DNA of 64,000 bases from an uncultured Gammaproteobacteria bacterium (GCA_964596355.1 CAZQTD010000001.1:4446-68445); one strand, 5' to 3'. Positions 17,843-28,036 are shown, counted from the first letter of the stretch. Numbers and translations: made by a program. The notes: generated from the sequence alone by a model not told the origin.

Positions 17843-17873
17843 TCGTGAAAACTCAAAATTTGAGTTTTCACGA
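17843..17873. promoter_or_regulatory. Perfect 15-bp inverted repeat in the divergent VirD4/PrgI intergenic region
   Basis: TCGTGAAAACTCAAA-A-TTTGAGTTTTCACGA. Confidence 0.6.
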
Positions 17874-17962
17874 TTCTGATGCGCTAGTTGCTATTGCAGA
17901 TTACAAAACTTATCCGTACAATGATACTAGGTCGACAGCCGTTGACTTTTCTGTATATTTAT

Positions 17963-19354
17963 ATGAAACAACATCCTGTCCCGCAAAACGTCACCACATT
18001 CCAATTCCGCCTAATTGGCGACATGACCATCAAACAGTTTGGGTATTTAGCCGGCGGTGCGATCTTGGCGTATATTTTTTATAAATTACCCCTCCCATTC
18101 TTTTTCACATGGCCGCTGGCAATTACCTCCGCAGTCGGCGGGTTTGGCTTTGCGTTTATCCCCATAGAAGAACGGCCAATGGATGTATGGGTGTTTGCGT
18201 TTATTAAAAGCGTGTATAGCCCCACCCTCTTTGTGTGGTCCCGCACACAGCCGGCACCTCCCTCGACGACAAAAAGCTCTTCTGGGCCCGCAGCACCGCC
18301 CAATCGGGCGGTGCCCCCGGCGGCTTCACGCGCAGTGCAATCCCCTTCTTTAGCACTCCCCAAAAAATCAACCGCGGATGCGCTGCAGGGAATTTTTCGG
18401 CAAGCTCCCAAGCAGACTGCGCCGCCGGCACAATCCGGTCGCCCGACCGCGCCGCCGCAACAACCAGCGAGGATTCTCCCGAAACAACCGGATTTTTTCT
18501 CTTCGCTTTTCGGCTCGCTGTTTCCCAAAAAGAAACCGCGTCAATCGGTACATCAAGAAGGTCAAGACGACTCGTCATCATCCGCCACCCCCACGCCGTC
18601 AATAACCGGCCGACACTTAGATCTTTCAACACCGCCGGCAGTTGGAGCAATGCCTCCCGAAACCGTCAAACAGGCGGCTGACGAAGTACAGAAAAAAGAG
18701 GAACAACTGGAGTCCAAGCTTCATGATCTACAGAAAGAGCTCCAAAGCAAAACAGTCGAACAGTCGCGTATTGTAGAGCTTCAGAAACAACTAACAGAAG
18801 TGCTTGCCGAGCGCGAGCGGATGGAGGCAGAACTCGTTAAACTCCGGCAACAAATGGAGGCGCAAGCTGCCCCCACCGCCGCTCCTGTTGCCGTCGCGCC
18901 TTCTCCCCACTCTGTTGCCGCACAGGGTCAACCAGCGCACGTGGCTTTCCCTGCCACGCCCAAGCAGCCGACGATTAAAGTCATTACACCGGAAACCGCG
19001 GTGAAGGCAGGGCTGCCACGCCTCACGACCTTCCCCAATGTCGTCACCGGTATTATCAAAGACAGCGAACACAACTTTTTGCCCGGCGTTCTTGTAACCG
19101 TACGAGACAAAGATGGTGTCCCGCTTCGAGCGCTTAAAACCAACCGTCTGGGACAATTTGCGGCTTCCACGCCACTTCCCAACGGGACGTACTTTGTAGA
19201 AATCGAAGATCCGCGGGGGAGATTTACCTTTGACCGCGTACAGATTACGCTGAATGGTTCGGTAGTGCCGGCGCTTGAAATCGTCGCCAAAAGCCAAAAA
19301 GAGCTTGCTCGGGCACAACTGGAGAAAGAAATCTTTGGGAACCAAATGACATAA
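17963..19354 (+). CDS. PrgI-family protein with Pro-rich linker, coiled coil and C-terminal beta-sandwich
   Basis: 'HPVPQNVTTFQFRLIGDMTIKQF' plus 2 TM plus 'ERP'; C-terminal 'GIIKD...PGVLVTV..RALKTN.LGQF'. Confidence 0.8.
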   Translation: MKQHPVPQNVTTFQFRLIGDMTIKQFGYLAGGAILAYIFYKLPLPFFFTWPLAITSAVGGFGFAFIPIEERPMDVWVFAFIKSVYSPTLFVWSRTQPAPPSTTKSSSGPAAPPNRAVPPAASRAVQSPSLALPKKSTADALQGIFRQAPKQTAPPAQSGRPTAPPQQPARILPKQPDFFSSLFGSLFPKKKPRQSVHQEGQDDSSSSATPTPSITGRHLDLSTPPAVGAMPPETVKQAADEVQKKEEQLESKLHDLQKELQSKTVEQSRIVELQKQLTEVLAERERMEAELVKLRQQMEAQAAPTAAPVAVAPSPHSVAAQGQPAHVAFPATPKQPTIKVITPETAVKAGLPRLTTFPNVVTGIIKDSEHNFLPGVLVTVRDKDGVPLRALKTNRLGQFAASTPLPNGTYFVEIEDPRGRFTFDRVQITLNGSVVPALEIVAKSQKELARAQLEKEIFGNQMT

Positions 19355-19359
19355 ACACC

Positions 19360-20016
19360 ATGAATCAACCGATTGTCCCCATTCGCTCATCCACACAGGT
19401 ATTTACCGAAATTGAAACGATCAACCACGACGTCGTTATGTTTGTGGACGGCTCCTGCTGCATGGTGGTTGCAACAACCGCGGTCAACTTTGGCCTTCTG
19501 TCGCAAAACGAGCAAGACACTATCATCACGGCGTATGCGGGACTTCTCAATTCGCTGTCGTTCCCCATTGAGCTTATTATCCGCACGCAGCACAAGGACG
19601 TCACGTCATATCTGCGCATGCTTGAGGATCAGGAGCGCAAGCAAAAACATCCCAAACTGGGCAAAAGCATCCACAACTACCGACTGTTCGTCGCCGCAAC
19701 AGTCAAAGAAAAGGATGTCCTGGACAAAAAATTTTATATCGCGATCCCGTTTTCCGCGCTTGAGCTTGGACCGTCTCCAAACGTATTCTTTGGCGGAAAA
19801 AGGCGCGGGCTGCCGTACAAACGCGAGTATATTTTTGAGCGAGCGCTCACCGTGCTGACACCCAAAAAGGACCACATTATCCGGCTTCTGAACCGCCTTG
19901 GTTTGCACGCGTATCAACTCACAAGCGAACAACTCGTGATGCTGTTTTTCTCCTACTATAACCCCGACGTGCCAATGCCCGAGGAAGAAACGATCCAACG
20001 ATCAATAGGAAAGTAG
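19360..20016 (+). CDS. TraC/VirB4-N-like accessory protein
   Basis: 'STQ.F.EI..I', 'VNFGLLSQNEQD.II..Y..LLNSLSFPI'; between PrgI and VirB4. Confidence 0.7.
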   Translation: MNQPIVPIRSSTQVFTEIETINHDVVMFVDGSCCMVVATTAVNFGLLSQNEQDTIITAYAGLLNSLSFPIELIIRTQHKDVTSYLRMLEDQERKQKHPKLGKSIHNYRLFVAATVKEKDVLDKKFYIAIPFSALELGPSPNVFFGGKRRGLPYKREYIFERALTVLTPKKDHIIRLLNRLGLHAYQLTSEQLVMLFFSYYNPDVPMPEEETIQRSIGK

Positions 20017-20019
20017 CCT

Positions 20020-21945
20020 ATGGACGCAAAAACACTGCTAAAAAAATTCGTCAACCCAATGCCGGAGGACACTCCCACGCCGCAAGACGTCAACGGCCCG
20101 CTTACGGTGAAAGATATCATTGCGCCGCCGGTGATTGAAGTTGACTTTGACTTCCTTAAAATCGGCAATTCGTTTAGTAGAACGCTGTTTGTCGCCGGCT
20201 ACCCGCGTTTTGTCTCCGCAAACTGGCTTGAGCCGCTCATTTCGTTTGACCATACGCTCAATATCGCGATGTACATTTACCCAACGAGGAGCGAAGAGGT
20301 TTTGGAAAATCTCAAACGCAAGGTTGGTGAAATGGAAGCAACAATTCAATCTGACATGAAGCGCGGCAAGGTCATCGAGCCATCGGTGCAAGTGGCGCTT
20401 GAAGACGCGCTTGCCCTCCAACAGGAACTTGCTAAAGGAGCAGAGCGGTTCTTCCAGTTCGGCCTGTATGTGACCATTCCGGCAAAAACACTAGAAGACC
20501 TCAATAAAACCACCAAGCAGGTAGAAGCAACGCTCGCGTCGCTTCTTATCATCACTAAGCGCGCAGTTCTCCAGATGGAAGAAGGCATTAAAACCACGCT
20601 TCCCATGGGTCAAGACAGGCTTGTTATTACCCGCAACATGGACACGACGAGTCTGGCAACCACTTTTCCCTTCACAACAAGCGAGCTAACCGCCAACGAG
20701 GGTATTTTGTATGGCATCAACGAGCACAACGACAGCCTCATTATCTTTGACCGGTTTACCATGGAGAACGCCAACACCGTTGTTTTTGGAAAGTCGGGTT
20801 CGGGAAAATCATTTTTGGTTAAGCTTGAAATTATGCGCAGTTTGATGTTTGACACAGAAGTCATCGTCATTGATCCGGAAAATGAATACGAAGCGCTCTC
20901 TCATGCCTTGGGGGGCGAGTACATCCGGTTCCACTTTGGCGCGCAAACGAAAATCAACCCGTTTGATTTGGCGCTCCTTCACTCCACCAGAGCCAGCGAA
21001 CAGGAAAGCGAACTGAATCAAAAAATACTCGCGCTCCATGGATTTTTCCGCGTCGTGATGGGCAAGCTCACCCCCACCGAAGATGCGCTTCTTGACCGCG
21101 CGCTCATTTTAACCTACAAGCAAAAGGGCATTACACCGGATCCGTCCACCCAAGGCAAAGAGCCGCCGCTCATGGAGGATTTGTACAAAGCATTAATCGG
21201 CATGGAAGATCCGCTTGCCAGAGGACTTGCCGACCGCATAGAAAAATTTGTCAAAGGAAGTTTGGTGGGTATTTTTGACCGGCAGACCAATGTGGAAATC
21301 CGAAACCCGCTGACAGTCTTCTCTATCCGCGATCTGGAAGATGAACTGCGGCCCATTGCCATGTACCTTATCCTTGACTTTATTTGGACTAAAGTAAGAA
21401 GAGACCTGAAGCGCCGCATCCTTTTGGTTGATGAGGCGTGGTACATGATGAAGTACCCTGACAGCGGCGCGTTTTTAAACTCGATTGCCAAGCGCGCGCG
21501 CAAGTACTACTTAGGCTTGACGACGATCACCCAAGACGTCGAAGATTTCCTTTCGGTTGACTTAGGCAGGGCAATTATTCAAAACAGCAGTCTCCAAATA
21601 CTCCTTAAACAGTCGTCTGCGGCAATTGACAAGGTTGCGGAGGTTTTTTACCTGTCAGAAGGCGAAAAACACCTACTTCTGTCGGCAGACGTGGGCGAGG
21701 GGCTGTTTTTTGCCGGACAGGCGCACGCCGCCATCCGCATCATTGCCTCGCCCGACGAGCATGAACTTATCACCACTAAGCCCCAGGAGCTCCAACAAAA
21801 AGCGCAGAAGCCTGCCGGTGAGCAAAAGGCACAACAACCGGCAATCATCACGGACAAATCGAGTGCGTCTCCCCCGCCGCCTCCTTCTTTTCCGGCGAGT
21901 CGCCCTGTTTTTACTGTAGAAACGGTTCAATCCGATGGTAAGTAG
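20020..21945 (+). CDS. virB4: VirB4-like ATPase
   Basis: 'GKSGSGKSF', 'IDPENEY', 'LLVDEAW', 'KRARKY', 'ITQDVEDF'. Confidence 0.88.
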   Translation: MDAKTLLKKFVNPMPEDTPTPQDVNGPLTVKDIIAPPVIEVDFDFLKIGNSFSRTLFVAGYPRFVSANWLEPLISFDHTLNIAMYIYPTRSEEVLENLKRKVGEMEATIQSDMKRGKVIEPSVQVALEDALALQQELAKGAERFFQFGLYVTIPAKTLEDLNKTTKQVEATLASLLIITKRAVLQMEEGIKTTLPMGQDRLVITRNMDTTSLATTFPFTTSELTANEGILYGINEHNDSLIIFDRFTMENANTVVFGKSGSGKSFLVKLEIMRSLMFDTEVIVIDPENEYEALSHALGGEYIRFHFGAQTKINPFDLALLHSTRASEQESELNQKILALHGFFRVVMGKLTPTEDALLDRALILTYKQKGITPDPSTQGKEPPLMEDLYKALIGMEDPLARGLADRIEKFVKGSLVGIFDRQTNVEIRNPLTVFSIRDLEDELRPIAMYLILDFIWTKVRRDLKRRILLVDEAWYMMKYPDSGAFLNSIAKRARKYYLGLTTITQDVEDFLSVDLGRAIIQNSSLQILLKQSSAAIDKVAEVFYLSEGEKHLLLSADVGEGLFFAGQAHAAIRIIASPDEHELITTKPQELQQKAQKPAGEQKAQQPAIITDKSSASPPPPPSFPASRPVFTVETVQSDGK

Positions 21946-21950
21946 CTTTT

Positions 21951-24104
21951 ATGGCAGACGAGCCGCATAAATCCATCACCACGGTCAACGAGTTTATCGG
22001 CGCTTGGAAAAGCGAGATAGACGCAAATCCGTATAGCGTCTTTATCGCAATGGCGCAATATAAAAACTTTCAAGAGTGTTTTGGTATAGACCCCGACCGG
22101 CTCTCTTGGGCGCTGGGAGACGAGGAGGAACTCAAGGCCTACATTAAGGAACTGTTTCACGCTCTTGAAGCGCAGGGTCCAATCGAAACCACAAAGAGGT
22201 CGCTTACGACCGGTGTCAAGCTCCCACGGGAAACCATAGAAGTTGTCGGCAGGCGGTTTCAGGAAAACGCGGCTAAAAAGTATCTCCGTCCGCAAGAACT
22301 TACGGATTATGCCAGAGCGTACACGCAATACTGGGTTCAGGCTCTTAGAGACGAACGACTGTATGCTCTTGAAAAACACATCGAGCAAGGAGTTGTTCGA
22401 GAACTCGCCCGACCGGAAGTCTCACAAAACCCCGAGCTGCTCGGACTGCGCACAGGAGAGTATATTAAAACACTTATCCATAAAGAAGTTGAGGTGCCTG
22501 GTGCCGCCCGAGATTTTGTCAATACCCATAGAGACAGATTCGCTGCGCTGTCATGGCAAGCAGGCGTTGTTCTGGCTGCAGCCCATACGCTTGTTTGGGA
22601 GCCCACCATCTCAAATCCCGACGTTTTTCTTGGCCGCGTTCAGGAGCGGCTTGCCAATCCCGACCTTAGCCAGCCGGCGGCTGAAGTTGTCCGTGTCGCG
22701 TATTACGAAGTGCGCGCAGAAGAAGCCTTATCCATAAAAGAAGTGATTGAGGGGGCTCCGTCGGGAAGCACGGCGTTTTTTCAGTCATATGCACGTGCTG
22801 CGCCACCTGTTCTCGCAAAAACAGCAGACGCCCTCCTCGGCCTGTTGCCCCCACCCGCCAGGGATGCCGTCGTTGCCAAGATATTTGCAAAATCACTCAA
22901 AACTTTTGAACGTGTAACGCAAAAGGTCGGAGAGCGCGTCGTGCAATCTCCGCTCGTTCAAAAACTCATCCAGGATGCCGGATCTGCCGCAGGACAAACA
23001 CGAGGAGCTCGGTCGCTTCTTGCGACCGCGGCAAATGTTGCCGGCGACCTCGCAGTGTCGTTTCGAGCAATAGACAAACAAACGTCAGAGCAGGTGGCTG
23101 CATTTCTCAAAACCATTGAGGCTCATCAGGACGAATCGGTCTTGGCGATTGTACGCGCGTACGCAGTGTATATCGAGCGCATCGCTCACTCCGAAGGCCT
23201 CCACGTTCTTGTTGAAGGCGGCAACTGGGTGCTGCGAAGAGGTGTCAATAAAGCCGCGGTGGGCGCAACCATTCAAGAAATTGGTTTTCTGCCGTGGCTG
23301 CGAAGGGTTGCTGTTTCGCTTTTCAACAAGACTGACATTGGAAAAAGTGTTGTCAACATCCTTGGCGCCGCGCGTCCGGTCGGACTGATTGCGGCGGTCG
23401 GACGCATAGTCTTGCGTTGGATCGCAGACGCGCTCGGCGGCGCATGGGGCAGATTAAAAGAGGGGGGGGTTAAAGACCCGCCGGAGGTCCGCGCAAGCAC
23501 CATGCTCATCGTTTTTTCGCTTGGTGGACTTCTTCTTCTTTCTTTTACATTCAGCTCAGGTTGGTTTGGTACCGCGTGGGGAACGCTCTCCACTGCCGCC
23601 CTCGGCGGCGGAAGAGAAACAGGATCAGTCTACACGGGTCCTCTTCCTATGGCGGGAGACATAACCGGCTGTCCCACGGAAGGAGGCTACGAAATCACCC
23701 AATGTTCGTACTGGGAATCATCCAATACCCACGCACAATACCATGAACACGCGTATGACATCGCAACTCCTATGGGAACTGTGGTATTGGCAACCCACAA
23801 CGGCAATGTCGTCTATGCAGGCCCAAGTAGCCATGGTTATGGCACATATATTAAACTTGTAGGAGTAAATACCGCCGGAGAAACGTACTATACAATCTAT
23901 GCTCACTTGCAAAGCGTCTGGGTACAATCCGGGGATAGCGTCAGCGTTGGCCAGGCGCTTGGCCTTTCGGGAAATTCTGGCAACTCAACCAGTCCACACC
24001 TACATTATGAGTATAGGGATGCTAATAATCAGACCCCTTCCTCGCCAACGAGGTTTCTGCTAAACACGTGTGGATATAGTAACCCACTTGGTTGTACACT
24101 ATAA
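21951..24104 (+). CDS. Membrane-anchored M23 peptidase with a long helical N-terminus
   Basis: TM near aa 520-545; HAYDI (HxxxD), YAHL, GNSTSPHLHYE. Confidence 0.85.
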   Translation: MADEPHKSITTVNEFIGAWKSEIDANPYSVFIAMAQYKNFQECFGIDPDRLSWALGDEEELKAYIKELFHALEAQGPIETTKRSLTTGVKLPRETIEVVGRRFQENAAKKYLRPQELTDYARAYTQYWVQALRDERLYALEKHIEQGVVRELARPEVSQNPELLGLRTGEYIKTLIHKEVEVPGAARDFVNTHRDRFAALSWQAGVVLAAAHTLVWEPTISNPDVFLGRVQERLANPDLSQPAAEVVRVAYYEVRAEEALSIKEVIEGAPSGSTAFFQSYARAAPPVLAKTADALLGLLPPPARDAVVAKIFAKSLKTFERVTQKVGERVVQSPLVQKLIQDAGSAAGQTRGARSLLATAANVAGDLAVSFRAIDKQTSEQVAAFLKTIEAHQDESVLAIVRAYAVYIERIAHSEGLHVLVEGGNWVLRRGVNKAAVGATIQEIGFLPWLRRVAVSLFNKTDIGKSVVNILGAARPVGLIAAVGRIVLRWIADALGGAWGRLKEGGVKDPPEVRASTMLIVFSLGGLLLLSFTFSSGWFGTAWGTLSTAALGGGRETGSVYTGPLPMAGDITGCPTEGGYEITQCSYWESSNTHAQYHEHAYDIATPMGTVVLATHNGNVVYAGPSSHGYGTYIKLVGVNTAGETYYTIYAHLQSVWVQSGDSVSVGQALGLSGNSGNSTSPHLHYEYRDANNQTPSSPTRFLLNTCGYSNPLGCTL

Positions 24105-24110
24105 ACGTCC

Positions 24111-25115
24111 ATGAACAAGCAACGTTTCGTTGTGCTATTTTTTCTTGCCGCCGCCGCGGGGTTCATCGCGTTTCTGATGACCAGACAGCGACGGGAGGCT
24201 CCCCATGTCCTAACCGACTCCTCACCAACACCATCGGCTTCTCTTGTGCAACCATCTTTCCCGGATACCGCGTTGGGCCTTGCCGAACCAACGTATGCTG
24301 TTCCCTCTCTCGCGGACTTTTTTCCTTCGTCAATCTCTGTGTATACGCGCGTACCGCGAGCTGACGAGTCGCAAGAGGCCTCGCGCATCGCAAAAATTTT
24401 TGGTATAACACAAAACCCCAAGGTCATCTCTGGCCCCCCGGGCACCTATTATATTTTTCAGTCAGGAATAAAAGGCCTTGTGGTGGGACCGGGTTTAACA
24501 AAGATAGACTACTCCGTCCCACCAGCTGCCATTCCGAGTGCCCTACCGGAAAAAGACGCTGACCTTGTAGAAGCTGCTACACAGCTACTCTCTTCCCTGT
24601 TTCCCAAAACAGTCTTTCAGTCCCCTGCTGTTTCATACTATAAAGAAAGCGGAAACGACTTAATCTTTGGGAACAGGGCTTCTTCGACAAACATTCAACT
24701 TGTATATCAGCCAGTCCTTGAAACTTTGCCGCTTTTCGTTGGATATCCCAGTGAATCAGTAGCCGTCATCCGTCTAAAAGCAAACAAGGAGGTTGTTTAT
24801 CTTTCGGCCCCTGTGTATCCGATCCTTCAAAAGACTGGTCAACTTGCTTCAATCGTCTCTATCGAGCAGGCAAGAACAAGGCTTATTAGCGGCAGGGGTG
24901 GGTTGCTGTCTGCCTTCTCCAACCAGGACATCAACGCGCCAGACACAAAAGAGTACTCATTCTCTTTGTCGACCATCTCTTCTGCCCAACTCGGGTATTA
25001 TCTTGATCCTAAGCTGGAGGTTATTACGCCGATTTTCGTCTTTTATGGCACTGCGACGGACAAAGCTACGCGCGTGCCAGTAGAAACAACCTCGTTTGTT
25101 TCTGCTCTTCCTTAA
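24111..25115 (+). CDS. Membrane-anchored hypothetical protein
   Basis: N-terminal TM, Pro/Ser linker, C-terminal 'PIFVFYG'. Confidence 0.7.
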   Translation: MNKQRFVVLFFLAAAAGFIAFLMTRQRREAPHVLTDSSPTPSASLVQPSFPDTALGLAEPTYAVPSLADFFPSSISVYTRVPRADESQEASRIAKIFGITQNPKVISGPPGTYYIFQSGIKGLVVGPGLTKIDYSVPPAAIPSALPEKDADLVEAATQLLSSLFPKTVFQSPAVSYYKESGNDLIFGNRASSTNIQLVYQPVLETLPLFVGYPSESVAVIRLKANKEVVYLSAPVYPILQKTGQLASIVSIEQARTRLISGRGGLLSAFSNQDINAPDTKEYSFSLSTISSAQLGYYLDPKLEVITPIFVFYGTATDKATRVPVETTSFVSALP

Positions 25116-25133
25116 ATTGCTTCTTTAAATAAA

Positions 25134-26240
25134 TTATCCCTGCACCCGAACCGGCATAATGATGTGGAGATAGGATTCGTCTTTGACGGGCTTGAATACG
25201 CCGGGGTTTAATGATCCGGTCATTTCAAACAGCAGCTCCTCCTCTGTAAAATTGGCTAAAAATTCCAAGAGAAACCGGCTGTTAAACGCGATGTCTCCCC
25301 CTTCGCCGTCAACGCTTGCTTCCACATCGACCTGATTTTCACCCACCTGCGGCGTATTGGCCGACACCGTAACCGCTTGGTTTTCTATGTGAATGCGAAC
25401 AATGTTTGCATTGTCCCGCGCAAACAGCGACGCTGAACGCACTGCCTGGACGAAATTCTCGTTGTCAAGAAGAACCCTGGTGGTGTGTGTCGTTGGAATA
25501 ATCTTTTCAAAATTTGGATATTCTCCGTCTATAAGGCGCGTAAAAATGTCCGTGTCTCCAACAATAAACGCCAATTGTCCGTCACCTGTTTTTGTTAAAA
25601 GAACTGCCCCATCCTCCTTTTCTTCTAAACCAATTTTTACTACCTCGCCAAGCGCGCGCGCAGGAACCAAAAGGTCAAGCTGCTCTTTGGTTTTTAGATC
25701 GGCTTTACATACCGAAAGCCTATACCCATCGGTTGCAGCAAAAAGCGTTCTGTCTTCGTGTGTGAGAATTCTTATCCCTGTAAGCGTCGGCCTCCCCTCG
25801 TCCGTTGCCGCGGAAAACATTACACGAAGAAGCGCCTGTATAAGTGTGTCTTTGCCAATTTTTGACGCCCCGTTCTTTTCTGCGGACGGCAGCGGAGGAA
25901 ACTCTTCGGCGGCAAGGCCGGGGAGCGTTGCTCGAAACGAGCCGCTTGTGATACGAAGCGCCCCATCCTTAACTGTCAACGTTACTGGCGCTTTGGGAAT
26001 TGATGCGATAAATTCAGTAAACAGTCGCGAAGAAACACAAATTCCGCCGGGTTTTTCTGTTTTCGCTCCCACCCATGTGTTTTCTGCTGTATCTACGTTT
26101 GTTGCTGCTATGCGAACACCGCGGCTGTTTGCTTCCACAAGCACATTTTGAGTAATCGGCAATTGTGATCGTGAAGAAATTATTCTGCTTGTTCTTGTAA
26201 GCACTTTAAGCAAGTGTTCCTGTAAGACGGTTACGTGCAT
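25134..26240 (-). CDS. dnaN: DNA polymerase III beta clamp
   Basis: ATDGYRL, RLIDGEYP, IAFNSRFL, IIMPVR. Confidence 0.97.
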   Translation of the reverse strand: MHVTVLQEHLLKVLTRTSRIISSRSQLPITQNVLVEANSRGVRIAATNVDTAENTWVGAKTEKPGGICVSSRLFTEFIASIPKAPVTLTVKDGALRITSGSFRATLPGLAAEEFPPLPSAEKNGASKIGKDTLIQALLRVMFSAATDEGRPTLTGIRILTHEDRTLFAATDGYRLSVCKADLKTKEQLDLLVPARALGEVVKIGLEEKEDGAVLLTKTGDGQLAFIVGDTDIFTRLIDGEYPNFEKIIPTTHTTRVLLDNENFVQAVRSASLFARDNANIVRIHIENQAVTVSANTPQVGENQVDVEASVDGEGGDIAFNSRFLLEFLANFTEEELLFEMTGSLNPGVFKPVKDESYLHIIMPVRVQG

Positions 26241-26244
26241 ATTA

Positions 26245-26405
26245 GCATTATTTACTAGTAGTAATTAATAAAAGGCGGTGTGGAAAAGTGTATGGTGTTT
26301 TTTTTGGCGTGTCAATGGTGTGAAAAGAAGCAAACACAACGGTTGATACAGTGTGGAAATTTGTGTAGACAACCGCCAGTTTGTTGTAGAAATGTGGAAA
26401 ACAGC
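26245..26405. other. Replication origin oriC (dnaA-dnaN intergenic)
   Basis: DnaA-box-like TGTGGAAAA at 26279 and 26393 and TGTGGAAAT at 26352; on the minus strand the box is followed by CCGCC and TAT TAA TTA CTA CTA (DnaA-trio-like). Confidence 0.8.
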
Positions 26406-26412
26406 ATGAGAA

Positions 26413-27783
26413 TTATGCCCAAAGCCCCCGCTTTATCCCCTCAACATCTTCGCGCAGTTTTGCATTTGTGGACAACTCTTTAGTAATTGTTTCCACCCCG
26501 TGGAGGATAGTTGTGTGGTCGCGGCCGCCAAGAGCGCCGCCCACGTCATCGAGAGTTAGCCCAAGCTCGGTTTTGCAAAGGTACATGAATATCTGTCTGG
26601 GTCGAACGATTGGCCGGTTGCGCCTGGGCCCCTTGAGCGCAGACGGCTTGACGCCAAAGTAACTGCTTACCGCTTCCAGTATTTCTAGAGGCGTAACGCG
26701 GCGGCGCTGCGGCGCCGCGTTCTCCGGGCTGTCGGGTTTTAGGCGAAGGAGGCTGGAAACAACCTCCGGCGTCACAGATATGTGTTTTGTTGCCACTTCA
26801 GTGGCTATCCTTCGCAGAAACCCCTCAATAGCGCGCGTGTCAACCATGTTTGCCGCCACGAGCCGGGCGCAATCGGTTGGGACGCCAACGCCGAGCGCTT
26901 CAGATTTAATGTTGATGATTGCCACGCGAAGCTCAAAGTCCGGCGGCGAGATGTCAACTGTCAAGCCGCCTTCAAATCGCGAGCGAAGCCGGTCTTCCAG
27001 CTTGGCTATTTCGCTAGGGTGCCGGTCGGACACGAGGATGATCTGTCCGCCCTCGCGGTAGACCGCATTAAACGTATGAAAAAATTCTTCTTGGGCGGTC
27101 TGTTTGCCGGCGATGAACTGGACGTCGTCGATTAAAAGAAGCTGCGCGCTTCGGTAGCGCTGCTTAAACTGCCTGGCCGTTTTGGTTTGGATTGCTTCGA
27201 CAATCTCGTTTAGAAACTCTTCTCCCGTAGATGCAACGACTCTTGTATGGGGCCTGGCGGTAAGTATGCTATTGGCTACCGCGTGCATGAGATGGGTTTT
27301 TCCCACCCCGACACCGCCGTAAATAAACAGCGGATTATACACAGATCCCGGAGTTTTGGAAACTGCCGTTGCCGCCGCGTACGCCATTTGGTTGGTTGTA
27401 GAAACAGCAAAATTGTCAAACGAAAACTCCGGGCGAACCCGCGCCTTTCGCGCGATCGCAGCGATGCTCATGTCCAAGCCGCTTCCGGATTGCGCAAACA
27501 AGGGGCCCGCATCTGCAGAAGCAAGCGGCGCCTTTTTAGGAGGCGCGACCGTGAAAACCACGCTTATATTCTCTTTTGTGTGATGATCCAGAATGCTTTT
27601 AACTAGCGAATAGTAGCGCGTTTCAACCATGGTGCGCATCAGTGGGCTGGTAAGCCCAACAGTGGCCACCCCGTTTGTTAGGCTCATTAAGCGCGAGCCC
27701 GCAAACTGGGTTTTGTATGTAGCTTTTGACACTGAAAGCTCAACTTCAGCAAGCACCGATTTCCAAAGCCTGTCTATATCCAT
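26413..27783 (-). CDS. dnaA: Chromosomal replication initiator
   Basis: YNPLFIYGGVGVGKTHL, LLIDDVQF, RLRSRFEGG, GGRDHTT; start at MDIDRLW. Confidence 0.98.
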   Translation of the reverse strand: MDIDRLWKSVLAEVELSVSKATYKTQFAGSRLMSLTNGVATVGLTSPLMRTMVETRYYSLVKSILDHHTKENISVVFTVAPPKKAPLASADAGPLFAQSGSGLDMSIAAIARKARVRPEFSFDNFAVSTTNQMAYAAATAVSKTPGSVYNPLFIYGGVGVGKTHLMHAVANSILTARPHTRVVASTGEEFLNEIVEAIQTKTARQFKQRYRSAQLLLIDDVQFIAGKQTAQEEFFHTFNAVYREGGQIILVSDRHPSEIAKLEDRLRSRFEGGLTVDISPPDFELRVAIINIKSEALGVGVPTDCARLVAANMVDTRAIEGFLRRIATEVATKHISVTPEVVSSLLRLKPDSPENAAPQRRRVTPLEILEAVSSYFGVKPSALKGPRRNRPIVRPRQIFMYLCKTELGLTLDDVGGALGGRDHTTILHGVETITKELSTNAKLREDVEGIKRGLWA

Positions 27784-27820
27784 GGTTGTTGCCGACGGGC
27801 AATATAAGAGCAGAAGATTT

Positions 27821-27839
27821 TGTGGATAAGTTGTCCACA
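27821..27839. promoter_or_regulatory. DnaA boxes upstream of dnaA
   Basis: TGTGGATAA (perfect) followed by TTGTCCACA. Confidence 0.75.
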
Positions 27840-27897
27840 TCGTAGACAAGACAGGCGTGGTTGTCAAGAGCTGAAAAACCCAGTATACTTACTCTAT

Positions 27898-28035
27898 ATG
27901 TCAAAGCGGGTCTATCAGCCTAAAAAGCTTCGCCGCAAGCGCATTCATGGGTTTCGATCCCGCATGAAAACCACGGGCGGGCGGCGGACATTGAAGCGAA
28001 GAAAAAGAACCGGACGAAAACGGCTAACGGTTTAA
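27898..28035 (+). CDS. rpmH: 50S ribosomal protein L34
   Basis: [23 protein letters not shown]. Confidence 0.96.
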   Translation: MSKRVYQPKKLRRKRIHGFRSRMKTTGGRRTLKRRKRTGRKRLTV

Positions 28036-28036
28036 C

